Shown in pieces: positions 38,315 through 47,278 of a DNA stretch of 64,000 bases; positions within the stretch are counted from its first letter, which is position 1; each line of letters opens with the position of its first letter. The notes below the pieces were generated by a model that did no database searches, was not told the DNA's origin, and saw nothing but the letters and a program-made list of their open reading frames with translations. Source of the stretch: Bryobacteraceae bacterium (GTDB lineage Bacteria > Acidobacteriota > Terriglobia > Bryobacterales > Bryobacteraceae); assembly GCA_036557345.1 (NCBI GenBank), contig DATBHS010000098.1, forward strand, positions 8,605 to 72,604, given 5' to 3'. Both the position numbers and the translations under genes were made by a program.

Positions 38315-39658
38315 CTACAACGACCGCAAAAAGTTTAAGAGGCTCTGCTTGTCGCTAAAGCTTAAGGAGTTGTAATTCGAGATGACCCGGTTTGCTTCAG
38401 ACGAGGGGAACTGTGAGTTCCCCGAACTCGAATGTGCTTGGATTGCTTGCACCAGGTCCGTTGTACGGCCATCATGCAACAGAAACAGGCGTTCACCGAG
38501 CCCCCATAACGGAGCGGTGCGGAACTGATCTCCCTTTGCGGCCCCCTGACTGATCCGGTCGGCTAAACCCGGCCCCATATGGTGCAGGGCAAAATCCGAA
38601 TAGGGGTGAATCGTTTTATTGCTGAGCGCGGCGAACCGGCTTGGACCAGTTTGAAGTGTCGTGGCGTGGCACATCGCGCATCCGATATTGGAGAATACAT
38701 TCGATCCGTTGACGACGGAGTTCGTTAACGGTCCGCGGCCTGGCGGCGCCAGAAAGCGCGCAAACACGGAGAATCCGCTGACATCATCGAATTCTGCAAG
38801 GCCGGCCCCGGCGAGATTTACGTCATCGTTCGGGGTCCCCGCTTTGTTGCAGTTTAGAAGATCGTTTATGCTTGCCATGCTCCTCTCATTGGGAAACATG
38901 AGGTTGCTGATGCCCATCTCCACGTTATAGGCTTCTCCGGAAAAGATTTCCAGCGATTTGTTCTGAGCCTTCCAGCCGAAGCGCGTGTAAGTTGTGTCAT
39001 TTCCGCTCACGTTGTATGATCCTCCGATCCCTAGGCTCGCTCGGGAGCGAGCCGTATTGTTCAGGTTATTTAGCAGATAGGCATCTGGGATTGCTTCTAT
39101 CAGCCCTAAACCAAAGAGAGGCGTGGGAATGCGAAGTGAAATGTTGCTCAAATTCGAAAAGTTCTCTTGACTGATTTTGCAGGCGGACGGTGCGTCGGAA
39201 CGGCCGGTAATCACAAACAAGGCATGCACACTGCCGTCCGGAGTGCCATTCGAATTATTGATAAAGCGTGCTTCCCGAGCCGGCCCGTTCGGTGTAATGA
39301 AAGACGGTAAAGAATTACGAGAATTAGCAAAATTAGTTTGTGGATTTACTGCCGGGCTGGTGCCGCCTGCAGCCGGTTGCGAGTGGCACGAAACACAAGA
39401 ATTGGAATTGAAGTGCGGCCCTAAGCCGCCATTTGGGACATCCTCCACGTCATTGAATCGCTCCTGACCATCGAGAAATGCCTGAGTCTGATTCGGATCT
39501 AGTCCTGCGACAGGGCCGCCTGTTACCGAGGGACCATTGCGCGGACCAGGATCGGTTTGGGCCGTTGTAAGTGCCGGAAAGACCGTCATGCAGCATGCTG
39601 CTGCAAGAGCAAACATAGAGCGGCTGAAAAGCCAACGGTTAAGTAAGTTTGTGACCAT
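38315..39658 (-). CDS. Di-haem cytochrome c oxidoreductase/peroxidase-like protein (DUF1111 type)
   Basis: 447 aa. Has a signal peptide and two CxxCH motifs (CVSCHSQPAAGG and CAMCHAT). Confidence 0.75.
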   Translation of the reverse strand: MVTNLLNRWLFSRSMFALAAACCMTVFPALTTAQTDPGPRNGPSVTGGPVAGLDPNQTQAFLDGQERFNDVEDVPNGGLGPHFNSNSCVSCHSQPAAGGTSPAVNPQTNFANSRNSLPSFITPNGPAREARFINNSNGTPDGSVHALFVITGRSDAPSACKISQENFSNLSNISLRIPTPLFGLGLIEAIPDAYLLNNLNNTARSRASLGIGGSYNVSGNDTTYTRFGWKAQNKSLEIFSGEAYNVEMGISNLMFPNERSMASINDLLNCNKAGTPNDDVNLAGAGLAEFDDVSGFSVFARFLAPPGRGPLTNSVVNGSNVFSNIGCAMCHATTLQTGPSRFAALSNKTIHPYSDFALHHMGPGLADRISQGAAKGDQFRTAPLWGLGERLFLLHDGRTTDLVQAIQAHSSSGNSQFPSSEANRVISNYNSLSFSDKQSLLNFLRSL

Positions 39659-39935
39659 GCGAAACTCCCCATCTCGAAAGACACTTAGCCTGCTAACGCG
39701 AGTTACGAGAACATGCTGGCCGGCTACAGCTTAGCCACAGACACAATCACCTCCGCGGACAAGTGAGGCGACCGGTCCGTGTGCCCGGCCTGCAAAAACA
39801 ACCTGGCCGCTATGGATTACCGAATCGAGCCTGAATCAACTGGCCAGGCCATGACAACGCTTGTACTCGGCATTAGAACCGATGTAGGTGCTTCGTGCAA
39901 TGTCCTTGATAGGGCATGTCACTGTTCGACTCTCT

Positions 39936-40193
39936 TCACCGCATGCCTACCGCTGCGCGATAGACCAGCTCTGCGGTTGAGTGTGTATCTAATTTGCGGC
40001 AGAGGCCTTTCCTATGGTTGCCAATCGTGCCCGTACTGAGATTGAGAATCCCGGCAATTTCCTTCGTGGTTTTTCCTTTCCCGATAAGATCGAGAATCTG
40101 TTGTTCTCTAGGAGTTAACCTGGAAGGGACGGCTGTCTCGTCGCGCTCCCAGTCTGGTATTTTCCGAAATGAAGTCGCGGTTTGCCTTGGCAT
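39936..40193 (-). CDS. Small LuxR-type HTH protein
   Basis: LTPREQQILDLIGKGKTTKEIAGILNLSTGTIGNHRKGLCRKL. ATG at 40193 is preferred, because the longer ORF to 40397 adds Cys/Arg/Pro-rich non-protein-like sequence. Confidence 0.6.
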   Translation of the reverse strand: MPRQTATSFRKIPDWERDETAVPSRLTPREQQILDLIGKGKTTKEIAGILNLSTGTIGNHRKGLCRKLDTHSTAELVYRAAVGMR

Positions 40194-40501
40194 TTGCTCC
40201 TCTGTGTATGAAGGAATGGGCGTAAAGAGACGCAGGGGATCACGTCCGCCCGGGCGGACGCAAGCAACCTGGCGCGTTTTGGACACAAAGCACCCATTTC
40301 CAGCGCGCTGTAAATATCCCTCCGCTTCCCTGTAAGACAAGGACGGATTCGATGGACAGTCCCCCGACGGCCGGAAGCCGCATCGTGTCTCGCGCACGGC
40401 CTCAGTTGTTGTTATCGAAAGTACGTATTAATATTTCTTATCTTTGCCACAAACCTTGAAAGGTTTCAAGAGAAAACGAAGGGTCAGTCTAAGATGACAG
40501 C

Positions 40502-41356
40502 ATGCGAATTATTACGTATGAAGATGCTGGGCGTGTGCATCCTGGTCTCGTCAAAGATGGCATAGTCCTGAATCTCGAGACCGTCGGATTTCGGTCGGTA
40601 ATTGAACTGATTGAAGCCGGGCCCCAAGGACTCGCGAAAGCGAAACAGCTCGCCTCCGATTCGCCTCCCACCGCGCAACGTGCTCTGCCGGACGTGAAGT
40701 TGCACGCGCCGATTCCGAAGCCCGGCAAACTCATCTGCGTCGGCCTCAATTATCTGGACCACGCCAAAGAGACGGGCGCAGAGATTCCGAAAGTACCGAC
40801 CATCTTCAATAAATTCAACACCGCCGTTATCGGACCCGGAGAGAATATCGTGCTGCCGAAAGCTTCAAAAGCACCCGATTTCGAAGCCGAGTTTGCCTTC
40901 GTCATCGGACGGGGTGGCCGGTATATCGCGAAGGACGACTGGAAAAATCACGTTTTTGGATATACGATCGTCAACGACGTCACCGCGCGCGATTATCAGC
41001 GCGCCACGACGCAATGGCTGATGGGTAAGACGTTCGACACCTTTGCTCCCATGGGCCCCTGGATTGTTACTGCGGATGAAATCGCAGATCCTCACAATCT
41101 GGATATCGAGCTGGAAATCGACGGCGAGACCTTACAGGATTCGAATACTCGCGAGCTGATCTTCAAAGTTCCCGACCTGATCGCGTTCCTCTCCAGCGTC
41201 TTTACGCTCGAACCGGGAGATGTGGTCTCAACCGGCACTCCCTCGGGTGTCGGCTTCGCCCGCAAGCCGCCGCGCTATCTCCGTGCCGGTGAAGAAATCA
41301 CGGTCCGTATTCCGGCGATCGGCGAGTTGAAGAACCGCGTCGTCGCCGAAGCCTGA
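40502..41356 (+). CDS. Fumarylacetoacetate hydrolase family protein
   Basis: 284 aa. KLICVGLNYLDHAKE...PDFEAEFAFVIGR...GDVVSTGTPSGVG. Confidence 0.85.
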   Translation: MRIITYEDAGRVHPGLVKDGIVLNLETVGFRSVIELIEAGPQGLAKAKQLASDSPPTAQRALPDVKLHAPIPKPGKLICVGLNYLDHAKETGAEIPKVPTIFNKFNTAVIGPGENIVLPKASKAPDFEAEFAFVIGRGGRYIAKDDWKNHVFGYTIVNDVTARDYQRATTQWLMGKTFDTFAPMGPWIVTADEIADPHNLDIELEIDGETLQDSNTRELIFKVPDLIAFLSSVFTLEPGDVVSTGTPSGVGFARKPPRYLRAGEEITVRIPAIGELKNRVVAEA

Positions 41357-42393
41357 TGCCCTCGTTTACGCTCGGTCAGCTGGCGAACTTTCTCGATTGC
41401 GCCCTCGCCGGCGACTCCCAGGTCGAAATCACTGGCGTTTCGACCATCGAACGGGCTAGTCCGAACGAAGTCACCTTCCTGGCGAACATGAAGTACGCGC
41501 CGAAAGCGAGGGCCACAAGAGCGGCTGCCATTATTGCCGCGGAACCGTTGTCCGAGACCAGAGCCGCAACACTCGTCTCGACGAATCCCTACTACGATTT
41601 CGCCCGGGCGCTTGCGCTGTTCTACGAGCCTCCCAAGCCCGCACCCGGCGTCCACCCCACCGCGTCCATCGCTCCTGATGCGGTGATCGGGCCGCATCCC
41701 TCCGTTGGACCGTATGCCGTAGTCGGGAAAGGAACCCGTATCGGCGCCAACGCTGTACTTTACCCTCATGCAGTGGTCTACGAAGGCTGTGCCATCGGTG
41801 ACGATTTCACGGCCCATTCGCATGTCGCCGTTCGCGAGTACTGCCGTATCGGAAATCGCGTTACCCTCCACAATGGTGTTGTGATCGGCGGCGATGGTTT
41901 CGGTTTCGCCAGGGATAACCAGGGAAGGCAATTCAAAATCGTTCAGTCCGGAATCACCGTCCTGGAAGACGACGTCGAGATCCAGACTCTGACCTCCGTC
42001 GATCGCGCGACCATTGGAGAAACGCGCGTGAAGCGCGGCGCTAAAATTGACAGCCTGTGCCAGATTGGTCACGCCTGCGTGGTCGGCGAAGATAACATCA
42101 TCTGCGGCCAGACCGGCTTGGCGGGAAGTACGATTTTGGAAGAGAACGTCGTGATGGCCGGGCAGACCGGCTCAGCCGGCCACCTGACGATTCATAAGGG
42201 TGCGGTCGTCTGGGCACAATCCGGAGTAGGTCACGACGTGCCTCCCAGCTCAATTGTCAGCGGGTCGCCGGCGTTCGACTCCCGCGACTGGCTGCGGGCA
42301 TCGGCGGCCTACACAAGGCTGCCGGAAATGTTGCGAACCATCCGCGCCCTGGAGCGTCGCGTGGCTGAATTGGAAGAGCGGCTGAATCGGTAA
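41356..42393 (+). CDS. lpxD: UDP-3-O-acylglucosamine N-acyltransferase
   Basis: 345 aa. N-terminal LGQLANFL...VSTIERASPNEVTFLANMKY, left-handed beta-helix hexapeptide repeats, and a C-terminal coiled helix. Confidence 0.9.
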   Translation: MPSFTLGQLANFLDCALAGDSQVEITGVSTIERASPNEVTFLANMKYAPKARATRAAAIIAAEPLSETRAATLVSTNPYYDFARALALFYEPPKPAPGVHPTASIAPDAVIGPHPSVGPYAVVGKGTRIGANAVLYPHAVVYEGCAIGDDFTAHSHVAVREYCRIGNRVTLHNGVVIGGDGFGFARDNQGRQFKIVQSGITVLEDDVEIQTLTSVDRATIGETRVKRGAKIDSLCQIGHACVVGEDNIICGQTGLAGSTILEENVVMAGQTGSAGHLTIHKGAVVWAQSGVGHDVPPSSIVSGSPAFDSRDWLRASAAYTRLPEMLRTIRALERRVAELEERLNR

Positions 42394-42397
42394 CCAC

Positions 42398-42955
42398 ATG
42401 CGGCTGGTCGTTGGGATCACCGGAGCCTCGGGTGCCATCTTTGGCGTGCGCACGCTCGAGGCGCTGCGGGAACTTGCCGTGGAAACGCATTTGATCCTAA
42501 GTAAGTGGTCCCGTTCCACACTGGTGCACGAGACGCACTACACAGTCGAACAAGTAGAGAAGCTTGCGTCGTCCGTTCATCGCCCCGACAACCAGGCAGC
42601 CATTCTTTCGAGCGGCTCTTTCAAAACGGACGGCATGATCGTCGCGCCCTGCAGCATGAAAACGCTCGCTGCCATTCGCGCAGGCTACGGGGAGACCTTA
42701 ATGTGCCGCGCCGCGGATGTAATCCTCAAAGAGCGGCGCAAATTAGTCCTCCTGGCCCGCGAGAGTCCGTTCAGCGAGATTCACCTGGAAAACATGCTCG
42801 CCCTCACGCGCATGGGCGCCGTAATCTTCCCGCCAGTCCCCGCCTTCTATAATCGGCCGCAGAACATCGAGGATCTCGTAAATCACATCGTCGGCCGGTT
42901 GCTCGACCAGTTCGGATTGGAAATGCCCGGCCTGAAGCGCTGGACCGGCTTCTAG
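42398..42955 (+). CDS. ubiX: Flavin prenyltransferase
   Basis: 185 aa. MRLVVGITGASGAIFGVR...VAPCSMKTLAAIRAGYGETL. Confidence 0.9.
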   Translation: MRLVVGITGASGAIFGVRTLEALRELAVETHLILSKWSRSTLVHETHYTVEQVEKLASSVHRPDNQAAILSSGSFKTDGMIVAPCSMKTLAAIRAGYGETLMCRAADVILKERRKLVLLARESPFSEIHLENMLALTRMGAVIFPPVPAFYNRPQNIEDLVNHIVGRLLDQFGLEMPGLKRWTGF

Positions 42956-42974
42956 CCTGTTAGGGTTGGTCTTA

Positions 42975-43208
42975 ATGGCGGGAAAGCCGGACAAGTCCCT
43001 TTTCTGGCTAGGTAAATACCTTTCCTTGGCTCTTACGCTGCCCGCTTGCGTGGTCGCCGGATACATTCTCGGTGCGCTCGCGGATCGTTGGCTCCGGGCC
43101 CCGTTCCTCCGGCCGGTCGGGATCATTCTGGGAATGGCCGCGGGCCTGATCCAGATCCTCCGTGAGCTTGGGCGCGAAACGAAGCCGACCGGTGGCCCCA
43201 AGCCATGA
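42975..43208 (+). CDS. AtpZ/AtpI-family small membrane protein
   Basis: About 77 aa with two TM helices. Sits immediately upstream of the atp genes. TTG at 42966 is an alternative start. Confidence 0.55.
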   Translation: MAGKPDKSLFWLGKYLSLALTLPACVVAGYILGALADRWLRAPFLRPVGIILGMAAGLIQILRELGRETKPTGGPKP

Positions 43209-43579
43209 CCGTTCGCCGCCTCTACTGGCTGACCGCAGCCTTCGGGTTGATTGGGTTCGTTTCGTATTTTGCACTGCTCGGCCCTGTTCCGGCCGTCGCT
43301 TTCCTGCTGGGCGCGACGGGTTCGTTTGGTAATTTGTGGCTTTTCGATTGGCTCAGCCGGGCCATCGCTCCCGGAACGACATCGCGTAAGCCGTGGCAGG
43401 CGGGCGTCTTCGTTACTCGCTATCTGCTATTTTTCGCTACCGGCTATGTTATAGTCAAAGCTTTAGATGTCAATCCTTTGCCGGTGATTTTCGGCCTTCT
43501 CGCCAGCACCGCCGCTGTTCTGATGTCCTCAATCCTAGAACTGTTTGCAAGCTTACTTGGAAGTCGATCTTCACGCTGA
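43205..43579 (+). CDS. ATP synthase protein I-like membrane protein
   Basis: 124 aa with 4 predicted TM helices. Stop/start coupled to both neighbours (ATGA at 43205; atpB starts at 43580). Confidence 0.55.
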   Translation: MTVRRLYWLTAAFGLIGFVSYFALLGPVPAVAFLLGATGSFGNLWLFDWLSRAIAPGTTSRKPWQAGVFVTRYLLFFATGYVIVKALDVNPLPVIFGLLASTAAVLMSSILELFASLLGSRSSR

Positions 43580-44311
43580 ATGACACACGAACTCTGGATT
43601 ACCAGGATCTTCAACAATTTATTCGCCGGTCCGGCTAACGCCGTTCTGAACGCGGTGCATCGCCCGGCTCACGACCCGGCAAGCCCCTGGAGCGACTGGA
43701 TGGTCTGCGAAATCGTCGTGGTCGCGTTCATTCTCATCTTCTTCGCCATCTTACGCACGCGGCTTTCCGTCGACCGGCCCGGTAAGGCTCAGCACGTCAT
43801 GGAACTGGCATACGATTTCTTCTACGCCTCGGCCGAAGAAGTTGTCGGCCACCAGGGTCCGAAATACATCGCCTTCTTCGGGACGATTTTTCTCTTTATC
43901 CTGCTGCTGAACGTGGTCGGTCTCATCCCGGGCTTCGACTCACCGACGATGTACACCATGGTCCCGTTCGGATTCGCCGTTTCGACGTTCCTTTTCTATC
44001 ACTACACCGGTCTGCGTGAGCACGGCCCCAAATACATCAAGCAATTCATGGGACCGTTCTGGTGGCTCGCCTTTCTGATGCTGCCGATTGAAGTCATCAG
44101 TCACTTCGCGCGTCCGCTTTCGCTCACTGTCCGTCTTTTTGCTAATATGTTCGCCGGTGAGCAGGTCTACCTTACATTCATTTCACTGACGAAGCTCATT
44201 GTTCCGGTTATTTTCCTTGGCCTGCATTTATTCGTTTCATTTCTACAGGCCTACATATTCATGCTGCTTGCGATGGTCTACGTCGGCGGAGCCGTCTCGC
44301 ACGAGCATTAA
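43580..44311 (+). CDS. atpB: F0F1 ATP synthase subunit a
   Basis: 243 aa. Conserved stator arginine region LSLTVRLFANMFAGE. Confidence 0.9.
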   Translation: MTHELWITRIFNNLFAGPANAVLNAVHRPAHDPASPWSDWMVCEIVVVAFILIFFAILRTRLSVDRPGKAQHVMELAYDFFYASAEEVVGHQGPKYIAFFGTIFLFILLLNVVGLIPGFDSPTMYTMVPFGFAVSTFLFYHYTGLREHGPKYIKQFMGPFWWLAFLMLPIEVISHFARPLSLTVRLFANMFAGEQVYLTFISLTKLIVPVIFLGLHLFVSFLQAYIFMLLAMVYVGGAVSHEH

Positions 44312-44397
44312 GGCATAATCCGCTTCCAGCGTGAGCGCCCGGCGTCCCAACGTACGGTGTCGAACCACCTCCTGGAAGCAACTTCATAGGAGAAAGC

Positions 44398-44700
44398 ATG
44401 AAAAGCAAACTGATTTTCCTCGTTACGAGCCTCATGGCTATGGCGAGTCCGATGCTGGCGCAGGGTACAACGGGCGGCGAACCCTCGAATGCAACACGCC
44501 TTGCGGCAGCATACATCGCAATGGGTATCGCTTCCGGACTTTGTGGTCTCGGCCAGGGCAGGGCGACGGCTTCGGCCGCCGAAGCCATGGCGCGCAATCC
44601 CGGTGCCGTTGCCGCCATTCGCGTGGCCCTAATACTTGGCCTGGTTCTGATCGAATCGCTGGCGTTGTATACGCTGGTGATCACCTTCATCGCCAAGTAA
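44398..44700 (+). CDS. atpE: F0F1 ATP synthase subunit c, with N-terminal signal-like extension
   Basis: 100 aa. Hairpin core GLGQGRATASAAEAMARNPG...LGLVLIESLALYTLVITF, preceded by MKSKLIFLVTSLMAMASPMLAQG. Confidence 0.9.
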   Translation: MKSKLIFLVTSLMAMASPMLAQGTTGGEPSNATRLAAAYIAMGIASGLCGLGQGRATASAAEAMARNPGAVAAIRVALILGLVLIESLALYTLVITFIAK

Positions 44701-44722
44701 ACAAAACCTGTAAACTCGAATA

Positions 44723-44752
44723 GGCCTGCTAGCACCCAAGTGCCGGCAGGCC
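44723..44752 (+). terminator. Hairpin after atpE (possible terminator or attenuator)
   Basis: GGCCTGC-16 nt-GCAGGCC followed by CTTTGC. The stem is read directly. The U-tract is weak. Confidence 0.35.
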
Positions 44753-44763
44753 CTTTGCAATAT

Positions 44764-45648
44764 ATGAAGCTGCAAGGAATCTTTCCCGCTCTAACTAGTT
44801 CCTTCGACCATCAAGGCGCTCTTTACAAGGCGAAGGTCTTTCACAATATCGAGAAGCTGAACCAAGTCGCTCTCAGCGGATACGTTGTCTGCGGCTCGAC
44901 GGGCGAAACACCGCTGCTGAGCGTGGCAGAACGCCTGCAGTTAATGGAGTGGGTGCGCGCAGCGGCTGCTGAAGGAAAAACGCTCATCGCCGGCGTAGGC
45001 GCGGAGAGCGTACACGAAACGGTTCATCTCGCAAACTGCGCGGCCGAACTCGGCTATCACGCCGCGCTCGCGCTCACCCCGTTTTACTACCGCAACCAGA
45101 TGCACCGCCCGGACACCCAAGCGCTCTATTTTCGAGCCGTAGCAGATCGTTCCAAGATTCCGGTTCTCATTTACAACATCCCGCAAGTAACCGGCTACGA
45201 TGTGCCCGTCGACGTAGTCGCCGAACTCTCGCATCACCCGAACATCATCGGCATGAAGGACAGCTCGGGCAATCTCGAACGGATGGAGCAAGTATGTCGC
45301 GCGGTTCAGCCGGGCTTTCAGACGCTTTCGGGTTCGGGTCTGAATTTTCCGCAGGCTCTGAAACTGGGCGCAAGTGGCGCGATTCTCGCCATAGCCAACC
45401 CACTTCCCTATGCCTGCGTCACCATCTGGGAAGCGTTCCGGACACGCGAGCAGGAAGCGGTCGAAGACTGGCAGAACCGCATCGTTCCCGCCGGCCGCCT
45501 GATCGCGACGAAGTACGGCATACCGGGCCTTAAATATGCGATGGATCTTAACGGCTATTACGGCGGGCCGCCACGTTTGCCCATGATTCCTCCCTCGTCT
45601 GAAGGGAAAGCCGAACTTGAGGCGGCCTTCGACGGCCTGCGCAGTTAA
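44764..45648 (+). CDS. Dihydrodipicolinate synthase family (DapA-like) lyase
   Basis: MKLQGIFPALTSSF...VVCGSTGETPLLS...IGMKDSSGN has the Schiff-base Lys context. ATG at 44764. Confidence 0.8.
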   Translation: MKLQGIFPALTSSFDHQGALYKAKVFHNIEKLNQVALSGYVVCGSTGETPLLSVAERLQLMEWVRAAAAEGKTLIAGVGAESVHETVHLANCAAELGYHAALALTPFYYRNQMHRPDTQALYFRAVADRSKIPVLIYNIPQVTGYDVPVDVVAELSHHPNIIGMKDSSGNLERMEQVCRAVQPGFQTLSGSGLNFPQALKLGASGAILAIANPLPYACVTIWEAFRTREQEAVEDWQNRIVPAGRLIATKYGIPGLKYAMDLNGYYGGPPRLPMIPPSSEGKAELEAAFDGLRS

Positions 45649-45744
45649 TATACCCGGGCCAGCAGGCGTCTCTGTGCTAGCCTGTTAGCGTTCTCGCTGA
45701 ACACGCTAAGCCCGCGGGTGTGCGGGTCGCTACGACCTTTCGCC

Positions 45745-47217
45745 ATGTCGCTGCAAGTTTTTTTGCAAGCTCAACTGCTTGGTACCGAGGATTTCCTGAT
45801 CTTTCAAACTTCTGGGCTCCAGGAGCAGGCGAAAGAGCTATATGGCCGCTGTGCTTGGCTCACATTGTTCTGTGAAGTACTCCCCCGCGCTCTTTTGGCA
45901 GAACTGAAGCTCTCTCGAATGCTTCTCGGCTCCAGCAGCGCCGAGCAGTTTCTCCTGGTCCTCGCCGAAGAGGAGATCCCGCACGCAAATGCCTTTCTCG
46001 AGCGCGCGGCGAAATCGATTGCGGACCTTTCGCATGGGACATTGCGTTTGGTCTGGGCGAGCACGGAAAACCTGGGCGCCTGGCCGGTCGCCCGAAAACG
46101 GTTGGATGACGCCCTGGATGCCCGAATTTCGACGCCTCTGGCCTCGGGCACTGAGCCTGCGGTTGCGTTTTTGCCGTTTCTCGCGTCCTCTCCGCCTGAC
46201 AGAGATTCTTATTTTGGGGAGTTCGCCGAGAGGTTGGTGTCTGCCCAACGCGTCGGCTGGTCAAGCGATCAGCCCGCGCGCCTGGCCTGGGACGAGGGGC
46301 AGTACACATGGGCGCTGAAGGAGCAGTCCGGTTTCGATGATGACGGCATCTTGTTTCCGCGTTGCCTGGCGCTGGACGAGTCCGGCAAGCACTTCGCTCT
46401 GCCCGAAGATCTGGCGCAGCGAGCGGACGGTGCTCCGAAGTGGGGTATTTTGCGCGGTGACGTGGATCACTTCGATCTGCAGTTGCGCAGGGCGGCGACG
46501 ATCGAGGATCATCTGCACCTTTCAGTCGCCTTTAAGGACTTCTTCGCGGGCGAACTATCGCTCCTTTTCGCCCGGCTTCCTGATCTCTGGCGTAAAGTTA
46601 GTATCCTCTACCGGGGAGGGGACGGTTTCACGGTAGTGGGGGCTTGGGACGGGCTCATCGTTCTCGCCCGCGAGTTGCAGCGGCTGTTCGACAAGTTTAT
46701 AGAGCACAATTTCGAATCGCTGCCCGGCGTGGAGGCGAAGACTTTGAGTGTGGCCCTCTCGATCGCTACCGAGCCAGATATACCGTCCGCGGCGGTGCTG
46801 CAGGAAGCGAGCGCGCTCCTGCGTGCGGCTAAGTCCAGCGAACTCGGCTCCTTTCATCTTTTCGGACGCGCACTGGAATGGAAACGCCTGGATGACGCCG
46901 AGGAGCTCAAAGACAGTCTGATGCGGCTGGTTGCCAGGTTTGGTTATCGTGCCGACTACATACACGATCTGGCCTCGGTATATCGCGAAGCGTTTTCGAC
47001 ACGCCACGGCCGGCGGGGTAAGGCGTTTCGGGTTGATAAACCGTGGCGAACACACATGCGTGTCTCCCGAGTGATTCCGCAGGCACGCAGCAAGGAATCG
47101 AGTAATCTACGGGATGCCGTCATTACGAACCTGGTCGGGAAGCGGACTGCTGGCATGAAGCTGCGCCCGTCGGCGCGGGTAGGTTTGGAGTGGGCGCGCT
47201 TGGCAGCGGGAAGCTGA
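45745..47217 (+). CDS. cas10: Minimal Cas10-like large subunit (Csm1-like; no HD domain, no Zn finger, GGDG motif)
   Basis: About 490 aa. It starts directly with the post-HD Cas10 signature (GTEDFLIF..LYGRCAWL, compare GIQdFIf..LRGRSfyL). Palm motifs are GILRGDVDHFD and ILYRGGDGFTVVGAWD, then SVALSIATEPD...LLRAAK. It is first in a csm2-csm5 operon. Confidence 0.75.
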   Translation: MSLQVFLQAQLLGTEDFLIFQTSGLQEQAKELYGRCAWLTLFCEVLPRALLAELKLSRMLLGSSSAEQFLLVLAEEEIPHANAFLERAAKSIADLSHGTLRLVWASTENLGAWPVARKRLDDALDARISTPLASGTEPAVAFLPFLASSPPDRDSYFGEFAERLVSAQRVGWSSDQPARLAWDEGQYTWALKEQSGFDDDGILFPRCLALDESGKHFALPEDLAQRADGAPKWGILRGDVDHFDLQLRRAATIEDHLHLSVAFKDFFAGELSLLFARLPDLWRKVSILYRGGDGFTVVGAWDGLIVLARELQRLFDKFIEHNFESLPGVEAKTLSVALSIATEPDIPSAAVLQEASALLRAAKSSELGSFHLFGRALEWKRLDDAEELKDSLMRLVARFGYRADYIHDLASVYREAFSTRHGRRGKAFRVDKPWRTHMRVSRVIPQARSKESSNLRDAVITNLVGKRTAGMKLRPSARVGLEWARLAAGS

Positions 47218-47278
47218 CGGCTGATATCTGACAGGTGATTGCTGAAGTCTGATTGCTCATTCGCTGAAAGGAACTTGC

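Noticed and set aside
45718-45744. GTG at 45718 as the cas10 start, as in the ORF track. Similar upstream extensions appear in the track for csm5 (49712), helicase (27094), GH127 (10181), PQQ dehydrogenase (22263), thiolase (61688) and luxR-like (40397).
   Set aside because: The extensions overlap neighbouring genes or hairpins (CCCGC-GGGTGT-GCGGG spans 45711-45726) and encode non-protein-like sequence. Internal ATG starts give family-typical N-termini.
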